A DNA stretch of 64,000 nucleotides from Owenia fusiformis (lineage: Eukaryota): the NCBI GenBank assembly GCA_903813345.2, contig CAIIXF020000001.1, forward strand, positions 31,062,001 to 31,126,000, written 5' to 3'. Under the pieces are notes generated by a model. It was not told the origin of the DNA and did no database searches. It saw only the letters and a list, made by a program, of their open reading frames with translations. Below are positions 37,101-52,100 of this stretch, piece after piece (within the stretch, counting starts at the first letter, position 1; each line of letters opens with the position of its first letter). The position numbers were made by a program, and so were the translations under genes.

Positions 37101-40100
37101 TGATTTCTGAGAGTTTTGACATTTGACCTTGACACTAGGGTGGTTTAAAGGTCAACTTTGAGAGTAGCTATTTTTGTCAAACTTTTACTGTTTCTAATCC
37201 AAGAAATAGAGCAATTGGCTTTATTTTGATTGTGACTGATAAAAAGACATGTGAATAAAAATAAATTTTTTTTTAATAAATTATCACGGGCAATTACCTG
37301 AAAATCTTGAGAATAAATACCGATATGGGCATTTTTAGGGGGACTAAATTTTCTTGTTCCAAAAATGAATGTTCTTGTTGCCTTTTGAGACGCTAACAGT
37401 ATCCTACTAAGCATGTTTTAAGAGTTGGGATGTGATTATTATTTTAAATGCCCATGGGCAATTAGGATAACATGACTGAAATTAAATGCACACAAGGGCA
37501 CTTCAAAAAGAATGGATTTTCTTATTTCATTTGCTTCTCGCCAGTTTTCTAAACATGTTTGCCATATTCTAATTAGTTATAGGGTCACTTTTACTAAATG
37601 CCCATTGGCATTTGGCATTTTATTTGGCATTTGAAATTAAAATGTTTGAATGTACACTTACTTTTAAAGTTATTTGCCAATTTGCAGTTCCCATATTTGA
37701 AACACAAATCATTCAGAGAAATCCTCTTTCAATATATATCATAAAATATAAGGCAGTATCATTTATGAATGACATGACACTCAAAGGATTGCCTAAAATA
37801 ATTTCTACTTATTCCCTATTTAGAAAGACACTTAGGCCATTCAAAGATCTTCTTATAATAATGTCACTAAATTCTATGTTTTCAGAAAAAACAAAATGTT
37901 CCCATGTACTCTCTACTTTTAATGTATATAAATGACAAAGGGAATTGTGATCGTGGATTATATTGTAGCGAAATGAGTTCCAAGATTGATTAAAAACTAC
38001 ATGTGTATAAACTTCATTAACAAGGTCATCTGAACTCAAGAGGTGTGTTACTTGCTTTGGCACAATGTACTATTGCATTTTCACTCTTAAATAATATATA
38101 AAACCCTTTAAATAAATGAAGGTTTTGTAGTTTTTAATATAAGGCTCTTCATCAGAATGCCAACATATAATTAATTTTGGATGGCCTAATCTGTACATGC
38201 AGTTATGTAGTGTACATGTATGCCCAGGTTAGCAGCCATATTGAAAACATAAACCAGTCAGGCTTATTTTCATCACAAAAGTTAAGTTTTAGTGGTGAGC
38301 CCAAACTCCCACAAAAATGATATTTGCAGAGAAGCTACTTTACAGTCTCTGCATTATACAGTTTCAATATATTTTTTGTGGGAGTGTGGGCTGATGGTTA
38401 AATTTTCAATGAAAGGGAATGAGCACCATGCTAAAACTTGATAACAAAGTGAACGAAAAATGACAATGTTTTCTAGATTTGCATAGTTAAACTACATACA
38501 TCTCCAGATATTCTCCGAATACGTGTATGCTATATGTTCCATATATTAAATTCTATATAATGATAAGTTTTGATATTATTTTGATGGTAAACATTAGGGA
38601 TGGGACGGTTCGTTTCGGTTCAGTTCGGTTCGGTTTTTCGGTTGCCCGGCCGTCGGTTCGGTTTTTTCGGTTCGGTTCATTCAATTTAGCGATTGTTATA
38701 GATTGAATGCCTTTATCTCGGACTACACTACTGATTGTCACTTTATTTTATTACCCACAATAAAATAACTTATTTTACTTGTAGAAGAAACCTTTTTCTT
38801 ATAGGCCTACTATCTTGCAAACGCTAAACTTATGATGTCTTTTCAGATGTCGTGACATCTATGATGCATTTCCTATATAGGAACTCAAATATGGATGCTT
38901 TGTGCGCGCAAATTAATACCCTACATCACAACAAATATCCCTACAAATATAAATTTGTGCAAATCAATTATGCCAACATTATAATATTATTGTGACGATT
39001 TTTGATTTTGATTTTTTGAATTTCCCGCATATTGTTCGCTAAAGCGACTTGTTGTATAGCATTTTCTGAGAACACCCATATCCATATCAACCAGACCAAT
39101 AAAATATCGCTAAGAATGTCAAATTAAACTCCTGATTTTGCAATAATTAGTACATATTTCTTTCAAAAAGTTATTGTTTTAGATGTATAGTTCTTGTTTG
39201 TTTCATAATCACTTAAAATTAGAGTGGACTTGGCAGGAATAAATGTAAAATGGAGCGTTGTCAGTTTGTTCAATTTTTGCCGATCTTAGAACATAGAAAT
39301 TTTGTGTTGGTCCATTTCATGCCTATTTCTCTATTATTTCAGGCATGTTCTCTTGTAATTATGTTGTGAAATTAAGGTAATTGAATATCCAAGGAATAAG
39401 CAAGTAATTTAAGTAGGTTGGGTTCAATATATCAGGGAGATTTAACCATTTCTCGGGCTTCCTAACCAAATGGGCTGCTAATTTTTATTTTAAGCACCTG
39501 GATACGAAACGAGTGTAAACGAGTGAGCTAGCAGCAGACGAGGTAGGGAAATATCAAAAATGTTGACAAACACTGTAAAACAGTGTTATATTTTTACTTG
39601 TAGGTTAAATACTGAACCGAAAATGAACCGAAAACGCGAACCGACAGTAGGGTAGCGATCCGAAAACCGATCCGATGGCTCTGAACCGCGGTTTTTCGGT
39701 ATTTCGGTTATCCGTCCCACCCCTAGTAAACATAATGTGTACCCATATTCAGACAGCCTTGTGATAGGGGTTCTTACTGCCAATTTTTCAAAGAAATGGA
39801 GAACTTATGCCACTTTTTGAAATTGCACATCTCAAGAAGAAAGGTTTATCTACAACTTGCAATCGGTTTTAAAAGTAAATGGAAGAATGAGTTTTTCAGA
39901 AAAAGTCTAAGTGGACCAATAGTCTGTTAAATGGACCTGTTCTTTCTATTGGGACATGAAAAAAGGATGTTTTTTTTAATTAAAAAAATATATATAACAT
40001 TTATTAGCACCTGTAGTATGATAATGAACGCCTCTGAGCTACCCACTGAAGAAATATTTTATGTAATGTTGTAAAAACTAACATTTCAAATCAAAGCACA

Positions 40101-43100
40101 GAATGTGGATGAGTCTGTCATAACATGAGTCAATATAATAGAAGAAACCATGTAAATTATACAGAAATACAGAATTAATTTTCTATCATACATAATAACA
40201 TTTTAATGTTTGAGAAAGTATGATGCAACCTAATATGATCATTTGAAGGCCAGAAAATGTGTATACTTGAAGTGTAACATGTTCAGCCTCTGCTTATCAG
40301 GCTGGCATACAATACATACAAGCAGAGTAAGCCATTCACAGGAGTTTCATTAGTAGCAGGCAACAGGCGATTTTCATGTTTAAATGTATGATTTCCATCA
40401 ATTTTGCCTGTTGCATTCATGTTGTCTCTCTAGAATCTACAAATATTCAATTCCAGAGTATTTTCTAAAAGATTTCAGTGAGTAAACTCAGAATAATTTT
40501 GTATTTTAGAGGTTGTTACCTTGATAGAGATCAGTTGTTCTTGACGCCACTTCCCAGATTACGAGACCAAGAGAGTAGACGTCTATTTGTTTCAATGAGG
40601 CCTCACAATCACGCAGATTAACTGCACCTTCCAGTACCTCAGGGGCCATGTAACGCAGCGTTCCCACCTGAAATTTAAATATCACCATTGGTATTGAAAC
40701 AATCAGCTTATAGTTAATTGTTCATGAATTTTCCAAAGTACAAACTCTACTCTAAAATATCTTCGGTTTGAGTACAACACAGCCATACTTTAAAGAGATC
40801 TCAAATAAATGCAAATTCAAACATCGGATGGGAATTTTGGATTTTCTGAGGATTGAATCTGAAAATTGATATAGTGAAACCTGTCTCAGTAGAACACCTT
40901 TTGTACTTCTAAGTGTTCCACTTGGGCAGTGTGCCACTTTTAGAGGTTTGTTTAACATTGTCAGTTGGTCTTGGGACTCTGAAAGTGTTCCACTAACAGA
41001 AGTGTTGTGGTAGATAGAGGGGAAGGGGGGGGAGGCATCCAGAGTCTTAAGTAAGATTAATACAGTATATCATATGTTCTACTCTAAGCTTTACCATGTA
41101 ATTGTTCTTGCATGTTGACATGACATTTCTTTTGTTATTAATTGTCTATAATACTACATGTACTTAATTTTGATATTGAATATGTCTATAGCCTTGTGGA
41201 ACCAATATAAATATAATACATCTCCCTCTGAGTTGATCTCAACTCTGAAGAATGATTAATAGATATCCTATAGCTGCTTCACATTGCCAAAATAATAATA
41301 TAAGTAACTGTTATTCATTATAACATTCCTGCTAGTCTAAGTTAGTGTCATATAATCAATATCTACGAGAATTTATCAACTTGCTTTAATATTCCAACTG
41401 TCACCTGATTGCATTGTAAAATCTAGAAATATCTATGATTTTTATATGAAGCACTAGCATGTTTTAGCTGTGATATTATGATTTAGTTTCGGCTGAAATA
41501 GAATACTTAAAGGTACTATCATTCATGGTGAACACAGGCTGTACATTGACATAAAGGTTGATGTCACCCTGACATAAACTGATTGGCCGAACAACAAAGT
41601 CTTTGTGTTGGTGTATGTTGCTTTTTATAGATAACACAGGGCTAATGGGTTTAACATACTTGAAACTAAATGCACTCTTATTTCAACTGTACTAAGGCCT
41701 ACAGTTACAATCTTAGAAATAATTTGTAGCATTATAGTGCTTCCCCCTCCAAGGATTTTTTGTTGTGGAGGATTTTATTATTCTTTTTAGTGCAACATTT
41801 TAGTATTTTCTAGTTTTTTATGCAGCCTTTTATGATTTTGTATTATTTTGTGCAACATACGATTTTGTATGTTTTGTGTAACATTTTAGTATTTTTTTAT
41901 TCTTTATTGTAACATTTTAGAAGGTGCATCTAATTGCATTGAGGAGCATTTTGGTTTTATAAAATACATGGAGGTGCTGTGCCTCAGAGATTTCAATAAG
42001 GGGAGAACACAGCATTAGCATACAGTCATGATTCTCATTCTGTCATGAGTACCATCAATTAGAAAGAATCATGCGATATTTCCCATACTATGAAGCTTAT
42101 GACTCAGTCATCTAACGCAACTCTATGGTGGCCGTAGCTTCCCAAAATCAAGAGAAATATGCAGCGTAAAATATAGGAATAAGCAGTACGATGTAGAATT
42201 TCTATATCGATGCAGAATATCTAACAATTTGTATATCTATTGAATTTAATATTTGAGAGCATGTTAGTGTGTTTGGAGGTGTGATGCCAACAAGCTTACT
42301 CAGCATCATTAAATGAAAATAATGAAAAAATGGAAAGACTTACATCTTCAAGTGATGGTGTGTCATTTTCATCAGATCCTGTTGGGTAAAACCTGCTTCC
42401 CTGTATCTTCATAGCAAATCCAAAGTCACATATAGCACATGATAGATCGGCCTTGACTAGTATATTGCGAGTGTTTATATCTCTATGAGCTATAGCGGGC
42501 TTAACCTTATCCCCCTTCGTGAGTTCATTATGCAAGTGGCCCACCCCACTGGCTATGCTTTGGCACATTTTGCACATTGTAGCCCAGTCAAGGCTATTGT
42601 TCTTAAGGAATGCCATAAGGGCCCCATTGGGGCAATACTCGAGAGCCATCAAGAATGATGAACTTCCATTTTCTTCAATTCGCTCATCACTTCCAAAATA
42701 TTTCAATATAGAAGCATGTTCAACCAATGGCAACATGTAAATGTCCCTCTCATTTGAGAATGATTCAAAATTATGCTGGCCAAATTTTTTCACTGCAACC
42801 TCACGGTCATTGAGCGAGCCCTTCCAAACCTCTCCATAGCGCCCTCTGTCCAATACATTTGATATCTTGAGATCATCTAACCCAAAGTCAGTGATACACT
42901 GGCCCTCTGCCAGGTCTAAGGCTTCGTTCACCTCAGTGAAGGGATCAGGGGGTAGATGGCGCCGGTAGAGAAAGTAGGAAATGACCAGAAATACAGCAAC
43001 AACGACTATTGGTACAAGGATATAGGCAGGCAAGTTTACATCATATCCAGGGTGTGTAATAACTCCTTGATCTGAAAAACAACAAAATATGAATTCAATT

Positions 43101-46100
43101 TTTAGCATCAGATCCAGTCATCTCATGCAACTTTGAAGAACTATAATGAAATCAGTTTTTTTCCATTTTCATCCATGCAAGTGATAGTATATTCACAGTA
43201 CAATTAAAATGTTACATATGATTAATACAAGTGAATACTCTACAAGCAATGTGAATATTTTCAGGTCAGAACATTTTAAGTACATCGGACATATATACTT
43301 GTATGAAAAAACCCATCTACATAAACCTTAACATGTGAAGACTGAATGTGGCACAATATATACCCGGGAATATATATAGAGGAGGCCACATTAGACAAGA
43401 TTCACTGTTGTGCTAAGTAATAAATATCGAAGAAAATACACTTCAGTAATCTGATATTATTTATTTATAAATGACTTTAAATGATTCACCAGATCTGTAA
43501 TCTGAAATAAATCCATTTTATTATTCCCAACATGGAGAATCTTTCCATGTGATGTTAATTATTCCAACATTTAATATTACAAATATGAGAGATTGTGTAT
43601 GATTTTCCTATCTAATCAAGACCATTATTTGTATAATTTCAAAATCATGCTCTCAATCCTCTTTTTTACTTTTTTAGTATGAGCACTAGTTTTGTAATTA
43701 TATGCAATGTCCTCTTGGATATGAAAAATATTTCAAATCTGTCCTCCTTGCCTCCTTGCCTTCATAGCAATAAGATGTTCCAAGCAATATGCAGTAAAAC
43801 CTATCTATAGTGAATTCAACTGGGTTTGGAAAATTGTTCATACTTTGATGAAAAATTCATATTGGGAGATGGGATTTGATAACAGAGGAGTCAATGAGAC
43901 ACAAGTCTTATAAAATAAATGTCAAAAAGTTCATGTTTTAACGTTTTCAGTTTACAGAAGTGTTCAAAAACACAGGTGTTATTGCAGAAGAAATCCATTT
44001 ACAATTGTGAATCATTTAATTATCATTTCTAACAGTGAATTCTGGGAGAATCATTATATCAAGAGACACAAAGGAGTGAGTCATGTTCACGGCATTAACC
44101 TTGCAAAACATATGAATGTGTCTCCAGAATGAATGTCTCTCCTCTATAAATGAAGAACATATAGATGAAAATGTCATTATTTTGTTATATTTCAACTCTA
44201 AATCTCTTCTGAATAATTTTATGTAGAACATAGAGACACTTATAAAGATATAGATGCATTATACTGTAGCATCAGAGTTCCAATATGTTATTTCCAATAA
44301 TGGGACATAGGATGAATCATTTAGCAAAGATGATTCTTACACTTTATTCCAGCTATTAGTAAGCAACTCTAAAGAAGGAATAGGGTGCTGCTGAGATAAT
44401 GTACAAGAGCTCCTCACCTTGGCTTATATTGTAGTCTTACACAATGTTATCAAAATGTGAATTGTGATACCTTTGTTTTCAATTTCAAAAGTGGTTTTTG
44501 AAGGACTTTTTGTGCGAAAAATAAACACAGGTTCATTTTTGAAGTTAAACATATTTAGAAAAGATTGACATAGGAAAAAACACTTTTTACAAACATTTCT
44601 GCTCCCTGAGTGATATCACGTTGCAAAATATTTTTAATATGCTAAAACATTAAAATGGCACATTAAATATCACATTTTATTATTGAAATAATGTGTCATT
44701 TGTTCAATCTTTATAACAGTGTTAAAAAGGTAATGTGTTCTGCACTGTTTAATGGAATATTGATGATTAAAAAATCAACTTTTATTTGAAAAATTGCGGG
44801 AAATTTGAATATTAGAGAAATAAAAGCCAATCTTTTTTCAAAAATGTCTAAAATGACTTTTTAAAGTCATGAAAAATAATAAATGTATGATAAAAAACAT
44901 ATTTTCAAATGGATCCTTACTCAAATTGTAGCCTATGAAGATGAATATAATCTATAAGAACTCTTATAAAAACTGAATAAAACCCCTCCCCTAACTAAGG
45001 ACCACTCCATCTTGAAGGCTAGCCAAAAGTCTGCACCAATTAAAAAAAATTCTCTGAGAATATTTGCACATCATTTATCAATCAGATTTTAGAAATGTTG
45101 ACAAGGTCACACTCATTATTTTTATAGACAGAATAAACATACACTCAAACATGACAATTCAGATAAAAAATTAACTGTCATTGGCATTTTAATGTAAACA
45201 ACATAAAGTCTAGGTTAAAGTATGGTCAACAGAGCTGACTGAGATTGATCAAGACTGGTAACAACAAGTTTGATCTTGATTGAAATACTGATATCTGTTA
45301 ATGTAGGACTGGGGGTCTGAAGTTAAACATTTTTATGTGGAGAGAAATTGGTATATTGCCCCACACATAAATCATACACAAATCTAACTGGTATTTTTGA
45401 CAGATGAGAATACAATCAATACACGTGCATTGTTTTTTTGTAGCTTTAGGTACCCTTTCCAATGTCTTGTTAATTTTGCAACAGAGAACATCTACAAACA
45501 GGCTCTGACAATCAGGGATATATACATAGTACTAGTATCTCATAGTACTATGTATCTCATACTTGAGTGGGTTTGGGGTAGATCTCACCCGGGAATATAT
45601 ATATCATATCTGAGGAGCGGGCAGGATATATTGTATATGTCCCGCTCCAAGCCAAATGCGGGCAGATATAATATATCCATCCCGCTCCCAGGAATTTTTC
45701 AAAAGTTTAAAAAAGTTTGACCCTGAGAAGGTCATTGAAGGTGAAACCTCATATCTAAGTCAGGTTTGAACTTCTGTGAACTTGAAAATTTTGAAAAAAG
45801 ACCCTTTTAACCTTTTTTTGACCTTGAAAGGTCATCGAAGGTCAAATCTTAATTCTAGAGTCAGATTTGAACTTCTGAAAACTTGTAGATGATTTTGAAA
45901 AAAATTGAAGTCGCTTTTTGGTGGTGACATAAAAATCAAAGGTTTTTAAAAGTTTTCATAAATATGTGGTAAATATTTTCTTTAGTGTCATAAAAATATT
46001 CATCAAATATAAATTAGATTAGAAAATAAAATTCTACAATAAGCACTTTTCTAACTTTTTCCAACCAATTTCCAAAAATACTAAGCACAATCATTGTGAT

Positions 46101-49100
46101 ATATCACAGCCTCCTATCAGTTATTCTTTGCATGGCAGAGATGATCCAGTATCATAATGAAGCACAATGCACATTGCAGAGAAATGTCAAACAACTCTAT
46201 TTATTTACACAGGTCACTTACAATTTTAGTACCTAAATCACCATGATGGAATGTGCACTAGAATTACTGGTATGCTGCATGCATAAGTTCAAGAAAGCCA
46301 GCTATATTTTGTTAATGAACTCACCAGGGTTCTGATCCAAAAGAGGTTTGGATGTTTGGCTGTTGATAATCCTAAGTGCCGTATAGTTGACATTGTAGTT
46401 GTTATTGCAGTAGTTACTCCTGCAGCAGCAGAAGAATATATGGTTGCTGCTACCATTAGTATTAGGGGGTGAGTAGGATGGCCGGCTGCTGGAGCAGTCA
46501 TTGTTACAGTCATCAGCTTTCTGGCTAGACTTCCAACAGCCTGTAAGTGAACAATTCAGTAATCATACAATTCAAAACATGTGTTAGGTACTAGGTTGGT
46601 CAAATTGGGAAAAGAGCCTCTTTGAAACTTCCAAAGATAACATGGACATGGACAGAATGGCAAATGGAGGGATTCCTTGTATCCCCGTCAAACTACATGT
46701 ACAATCATTGGAATGATTCAAGAGTATACAGTACATGTACTTTTAAACACATTTTTGGCCAAAACAACAGACAGCTCAGATAATATTGATATCATGATGC
46801 AATTTCTTTTCATTCTAGCCATATAGGTTATTATCTTAATAGGATGGCAGAATGTCAAATGTCTAGACTCAAATTATATAAAGTGGTGTATAATTGACAC
46901 ACTGAGTTAATTGTCTGACTGATAATTTCAACTGCATTGGTATCTATATAAACTAAGACATTGGTGTCTGTCAACATTAATATAAAAGCTGTGAATGAAG
47001 TTGCATGAAACACCTCTACTTGGATGATCTGATCCCTGCATCCAAAAGTAGATTGGGAATATATGTCAGATTTTTTAAATCACAGGGGGAGGGGCATATC
47101 ATTATCATGGCTTGTAGCTGATAAAAGGAACAGGCTATAAAACTAAATAAGTTAATCAAACTAAAATATACTGTCTCACAAGTGAATGATAACAATATCC
47201 CAATGCAACCTTGGCATTCTAACTAGGGGTCTCGCGATTGCTCGGATTTGCTCAAGCGCTCGAGCAATTGGTCACGATATGAGCGTATCGATACTCAACT
47301 TGAATATCGATTAAAATTCTGTATCGTTTTTAACCTCCCAAAACAGCAAAATCATGTTCGAAATCACATTAAATAATGTGAGATTGTATCTTCCCATTTT
47401 GTTCCTTGTGTAATCTGGCATAGAATGTACCTCTATTACCTCCGGTTTCGTTTAATGAAAAAACTTTGGAAAAGATCGTGAAATAAAAACATAAATCATG
47501 TATTGATACTGAACACTAGTGGTGATTAGTTCTAGGAGGACATTCATAGTTACATACTGTTTCACGAGTTCGAAATTCGGTGGTTGGGACATTTGGCATC
47601 TTACTGTCTTGTTTTCCCATATATTTTTTTCAAAATAAAAATATTTGTTGCGCTGTTGCATTGCTTGTATCGTTTGTATCGTATCATGAATCGTGAGGTA
47701 AATATCGTTGCTCATATCGAAATTAAAGATAATGTTTCGTGGGACCCCCATATAAATAACAAAGAAGTAGTTGATAAACTGACCTTGCATGAATACTTCA
47801 TTTGTTTTCTCTGTCCACAGTGTAAAGCAAGTATGGTCATGAGAGGGACAACTGACACTCTTATTGTCTGCTTGCACTATACCCGAAGTCCTCACTGGCC
47901 CAGATGATTGTCCAGTCTCACTTTCACCACCCTCACTCGAAGCCTTGTGGGCACACATCAGCCCAGGGGACTTTGTAGATGAAGGAATCCCACTGCATCC
48001 TGAAGAAAACAATGTGGAAATATTTTTATTATAATACACTCGAAAGTATCTGAACACACAGACGATGAATCTATCTATAATCTAAAACTCCAAAAAGTAA
48101 TAGATATGACTATATGTTACATAAAAAGAGATTTAAAAAAATATTGTGGCCCAGAGATAAAGAAAAAAGAAAAAAAATCTTTGCTATGGCCAGGATTCGA
48201 ACCACCAAAAGTGGTGCCAGAAGACACAAGCCTTTAACCATTAGGCCATGTCCCATCTCCCATTAACTGTAAACACAAAATGTGAGTAGTGTATATGGTT
48301 TATGGGGACGGGGCACAGTTAACAAGCTAACAAGCTAACAATCTATATATAAAGTTGTAGTTTTAATTTTATTTAACCCCTTGACTACCTGGAGTGACGA
48401 GAAAATCCGTCACAAAATTTTTCACTAAAATTGCTCTTATTTGAACAGTTTTCATCTATTTAAACAAAACTTGTTTTAGAATTTGTAGAAATGATCTCCG
48501 CCGTCTGATTTTACTAAGTTCAGCATCTAAAGTTGTATATGAATGTAGTTAAATATCAAAAGGTGGCAAAAATGAAAAATTCTCTGGTTTCAACTGATTT
48601 TAGAGACTGGGATTCAAGAGGTTATTTAAAACCAACACCCCATCCCATGTAGGGAAGAGGGCATCAAACAAACTTTGCATGATGCATAACACTGCATTAT
48701 TTAATCGGGTTCTAGACCTTTTTAGGATGGTAAAAACTTATGCTTGGAATATACGATGTTGATTTTAAAAGGAGCCAAATTACATTCACCTGCCTGAATA
48801 CCTGATCAAACAGGACTCAAACATTTTCTATGTTCATCAAATACAATATTTTACTATATAGAACTAATTCGTAGAATATGATGAAGTAATGTTATAGAGC
48901 TGGGAGTGCTACAGATCACAATACCCTGAATAATCAATAGACTGAATATTTAGCCTAGTATAGAAATATTTGTGGCAGTTACTGTCAACACTATATATAC
49001 CTTTAGAAAAAAGAATAAAAAATTAAACAATCATTGATAAAGCAGTAATTATATAAAACATACTTGTTTTCTTAATGACATAATGAAGTGGTCTTTAATT

Positions 49101-52100
49101 ATGAAAATAAATTAAAACCATCAATTTTCAACGTTAAGTCATTCTACTTCATACAGCTATTACACCACTGTATGAAAGTATACTATCCAGCGTGAGGTTA
49201 TTGACAGTCTCAGATAACAGATAAATACCTAAAACGTCTAGATGAAAAATAAGGAGAGTCTTTCCAAAGTGACTACAGTATTGAGAACATTTAAAACAAT
49301 TGGTCATAGTTGATAAAAATACTGAAAAATGCTGTATCACTGTTTAGTGTATTACCCCCTGGGGTATTACCATGAATCGACATGAATCAAATGATGGGAT
49401 GAAATCAAAAAACATGCTATACGTGAATCATAAAAATATCAAGGTTTATAATCAGAGGTAGTGCAAACACTGACCATGCAAATGGTATTTCATGACGAAT
49501 TATATATTCAATTCAATGGGAAATATATATGATCGACATATTACAGTACATGAATACAGGGCCTAAATATATAGTACACATTGTACAGATGTATACATTA
49601 TCAATAAATCTGCTTCATCAAGACAAATAATTCTGGAGGTCATTAAACATAAACTTCCTAAAGTTAGGAATTCTTTTTTATTGTCGTAACCACAGATCAT
49701 CATACCAGAGAACAATGAACTTGAAGAATTCTTAACTTTAGGAAGTGTCTGTGATTATCAGAGACCATTGTTATCTAATTGTTGAGACTCCTAGGTCTGT
49801 AGGTAGATAGTATGGACTGTAGATCCCCATTCTGAGACTCAAGCAATCTCGAGAAGGAAATTGACAGGAAACTTATTTCTCATGATGGCAGATCCCAATG
49901 AAAACAAACTCTTAATCCTAACATAGATTGACAGATTCAAGATATACATTGTCTGATTGTGGTTCTTCTAATATACATCAGATATGATCAAAATTGTCAT
50001 GTGTTAAAAGCATTTATTACTTATTGATCTCTCCTCGTATATGATTCATAAAATATCAGGGTTGAATAATATAATTCAATAAATATGCGTTAATAGTGTA
50101 AAAAAGATGAGAAAATTCAAAATACTAGACCATGTGCTATCCAGAAATGCACAGTGTCAATGTCTGATTCTCTATTTGTAAGCTAGTGGTTTTAAACTGA
50201 ACTCAATATCATGTCAATATATTTGGCGTCTTGGCTCATTGTAATGCAGAGCCTTACTCATTGCAAGTATAGTATTTAAATGAATATAACGGATACACTA
50301 AATCTGTAGGGAAGACTTTAAGGCCACAGATTCATGGCTATCTGATTATTTCTGGAGAAAATCATAGTGAATCTAATCTTACATTTTTCTTATTATTTGA
50401 TGCATAACATTGTTACTATTATGTTGATCAACATTTACACCGAAACAAACATAATTACTTCAAGGTGCAACAATTATTCAACAATCATGGACCCCATCAG
50501 GACCAGTATTAAAATATATTTAAGTCTGGATATTTCATCAAGACTTATATATCTATTTTTATTATCTACAAAGAAACCCCCTAGATAAACATTATTTCCG
50601 CTGATATTCCTCTTGAAACATCTTGGTGGATTTTAAAAATATAAAAGTGGATTTCCCCTTTTTGAAGCTTTGAACTGAATTTACACTTCTTAATGAAATT
50701 GATAGTTTTGACTTACATTTTAAGGAAATAGGTATGTCAAAGAAGATGTTAAGCCAAATGTTGCCTTGATAGCTTGAAGAAAAAGTTAAAATTTTCTTGT
50801 TACTCCTTTAAAGCACTTGCAACAGTCAATAGAATCAAAACAAACCTGATAATAAAAAATGTCTCTTTTTTATAATTAGCATTCTAACATCAGAGCAGGC
50901 AGTAATTCCAATATATTGAAATCAATAAGGGCAGGCATGAAAAGTTCGCTGTCGGATCAGAAACTAAATAAATATAGTTTTGACTTCAACCCCCCTCTCC
51001 CAAAAAACCATGAAAGTTTTTGTTAATTTCTTGCGTATTTTGTGGTTTTTAACAACTATTGATAGAATAGAATCTATTGGAATGATCTTGACGAAGAAAG
51101 AATCAGGTTTAAATCTTTATTTTTAAACCATTCCAAGGCATTCCAAGTCAAAATTGCAAAAAAATTTGAAATGCTGAAATCTGTCGGATAGCAAACTGAA
51201 ATGACTTTGAACCACCCCCCTCCCCATCTAGATTTATTTAGTTTTCAATCAGACATTGAACTTTTGATGCCTCCCCTAACTAAGCCTGAAACTAAAAGTA
51301 AGTAAAATACAATTATATTATAAGTAAATTGTATTTAATTTGAATTAATTTATATAATATTCTGACCGAACTTTGATTGTCATGTTCATTAGATTGTCAT
51401 CAAAGTGAAAATGCTTGGCAACCCTAAATGGGCTGAGTTGATGAACAAAAGTTGATAGTTTGGAAGTTCTATGGAAGGGAGAATGAGCAAGATCAACAAG
51501 ACATTAAAGCTACGTTCACACCAACGGCACTTTGATGGCGCTTTAAAGCGGCTTGTAAAGCGGCACCAAAGCGTAACGAAGCTTCATTAAAGCGTCGGGG
51601 TCGTAATAGGTCGTAGAAAAGCTCGGAGTAAAGCGGGATATTCGGCAAGAGCGCCAAACATTTTTAAAGCAACTTTCACACCAACGGCGAATCGGCGAGC
51701 AAAGCGCTGTCATTTATGTTTACTTTTCCAAAAATATCACGATCTCCCCTAAGTAATGTTACGCTCTAATAACACGATGCCCATGTCAAGCAGCGTGCCT
51801 ACTAGGCACGCAGTTTGAAACTCTGACAAACTGCGCGCATATTTCAAAATGTGAGACGGGGAGGACACGACTCCCAAAAAGAGCCAAAATACGAAAAATA
51901 CAAGGTTAGTCTCGTTCTAAAGATAGTACCATTCTGTGAAGATGAACTTAATTTACTCATAGTACTCAATGTTTTTCCCGATGTAAACCTAGTTATCTCA
52001 ATATAAGGGTCTTAAGTAACTTCTGTGTTCAAAATTTACAGTGTAAAGTTATATCTATGTCTTTTTATCGTCATTTGCCGTTTATTCAGCCATTGTGTCT

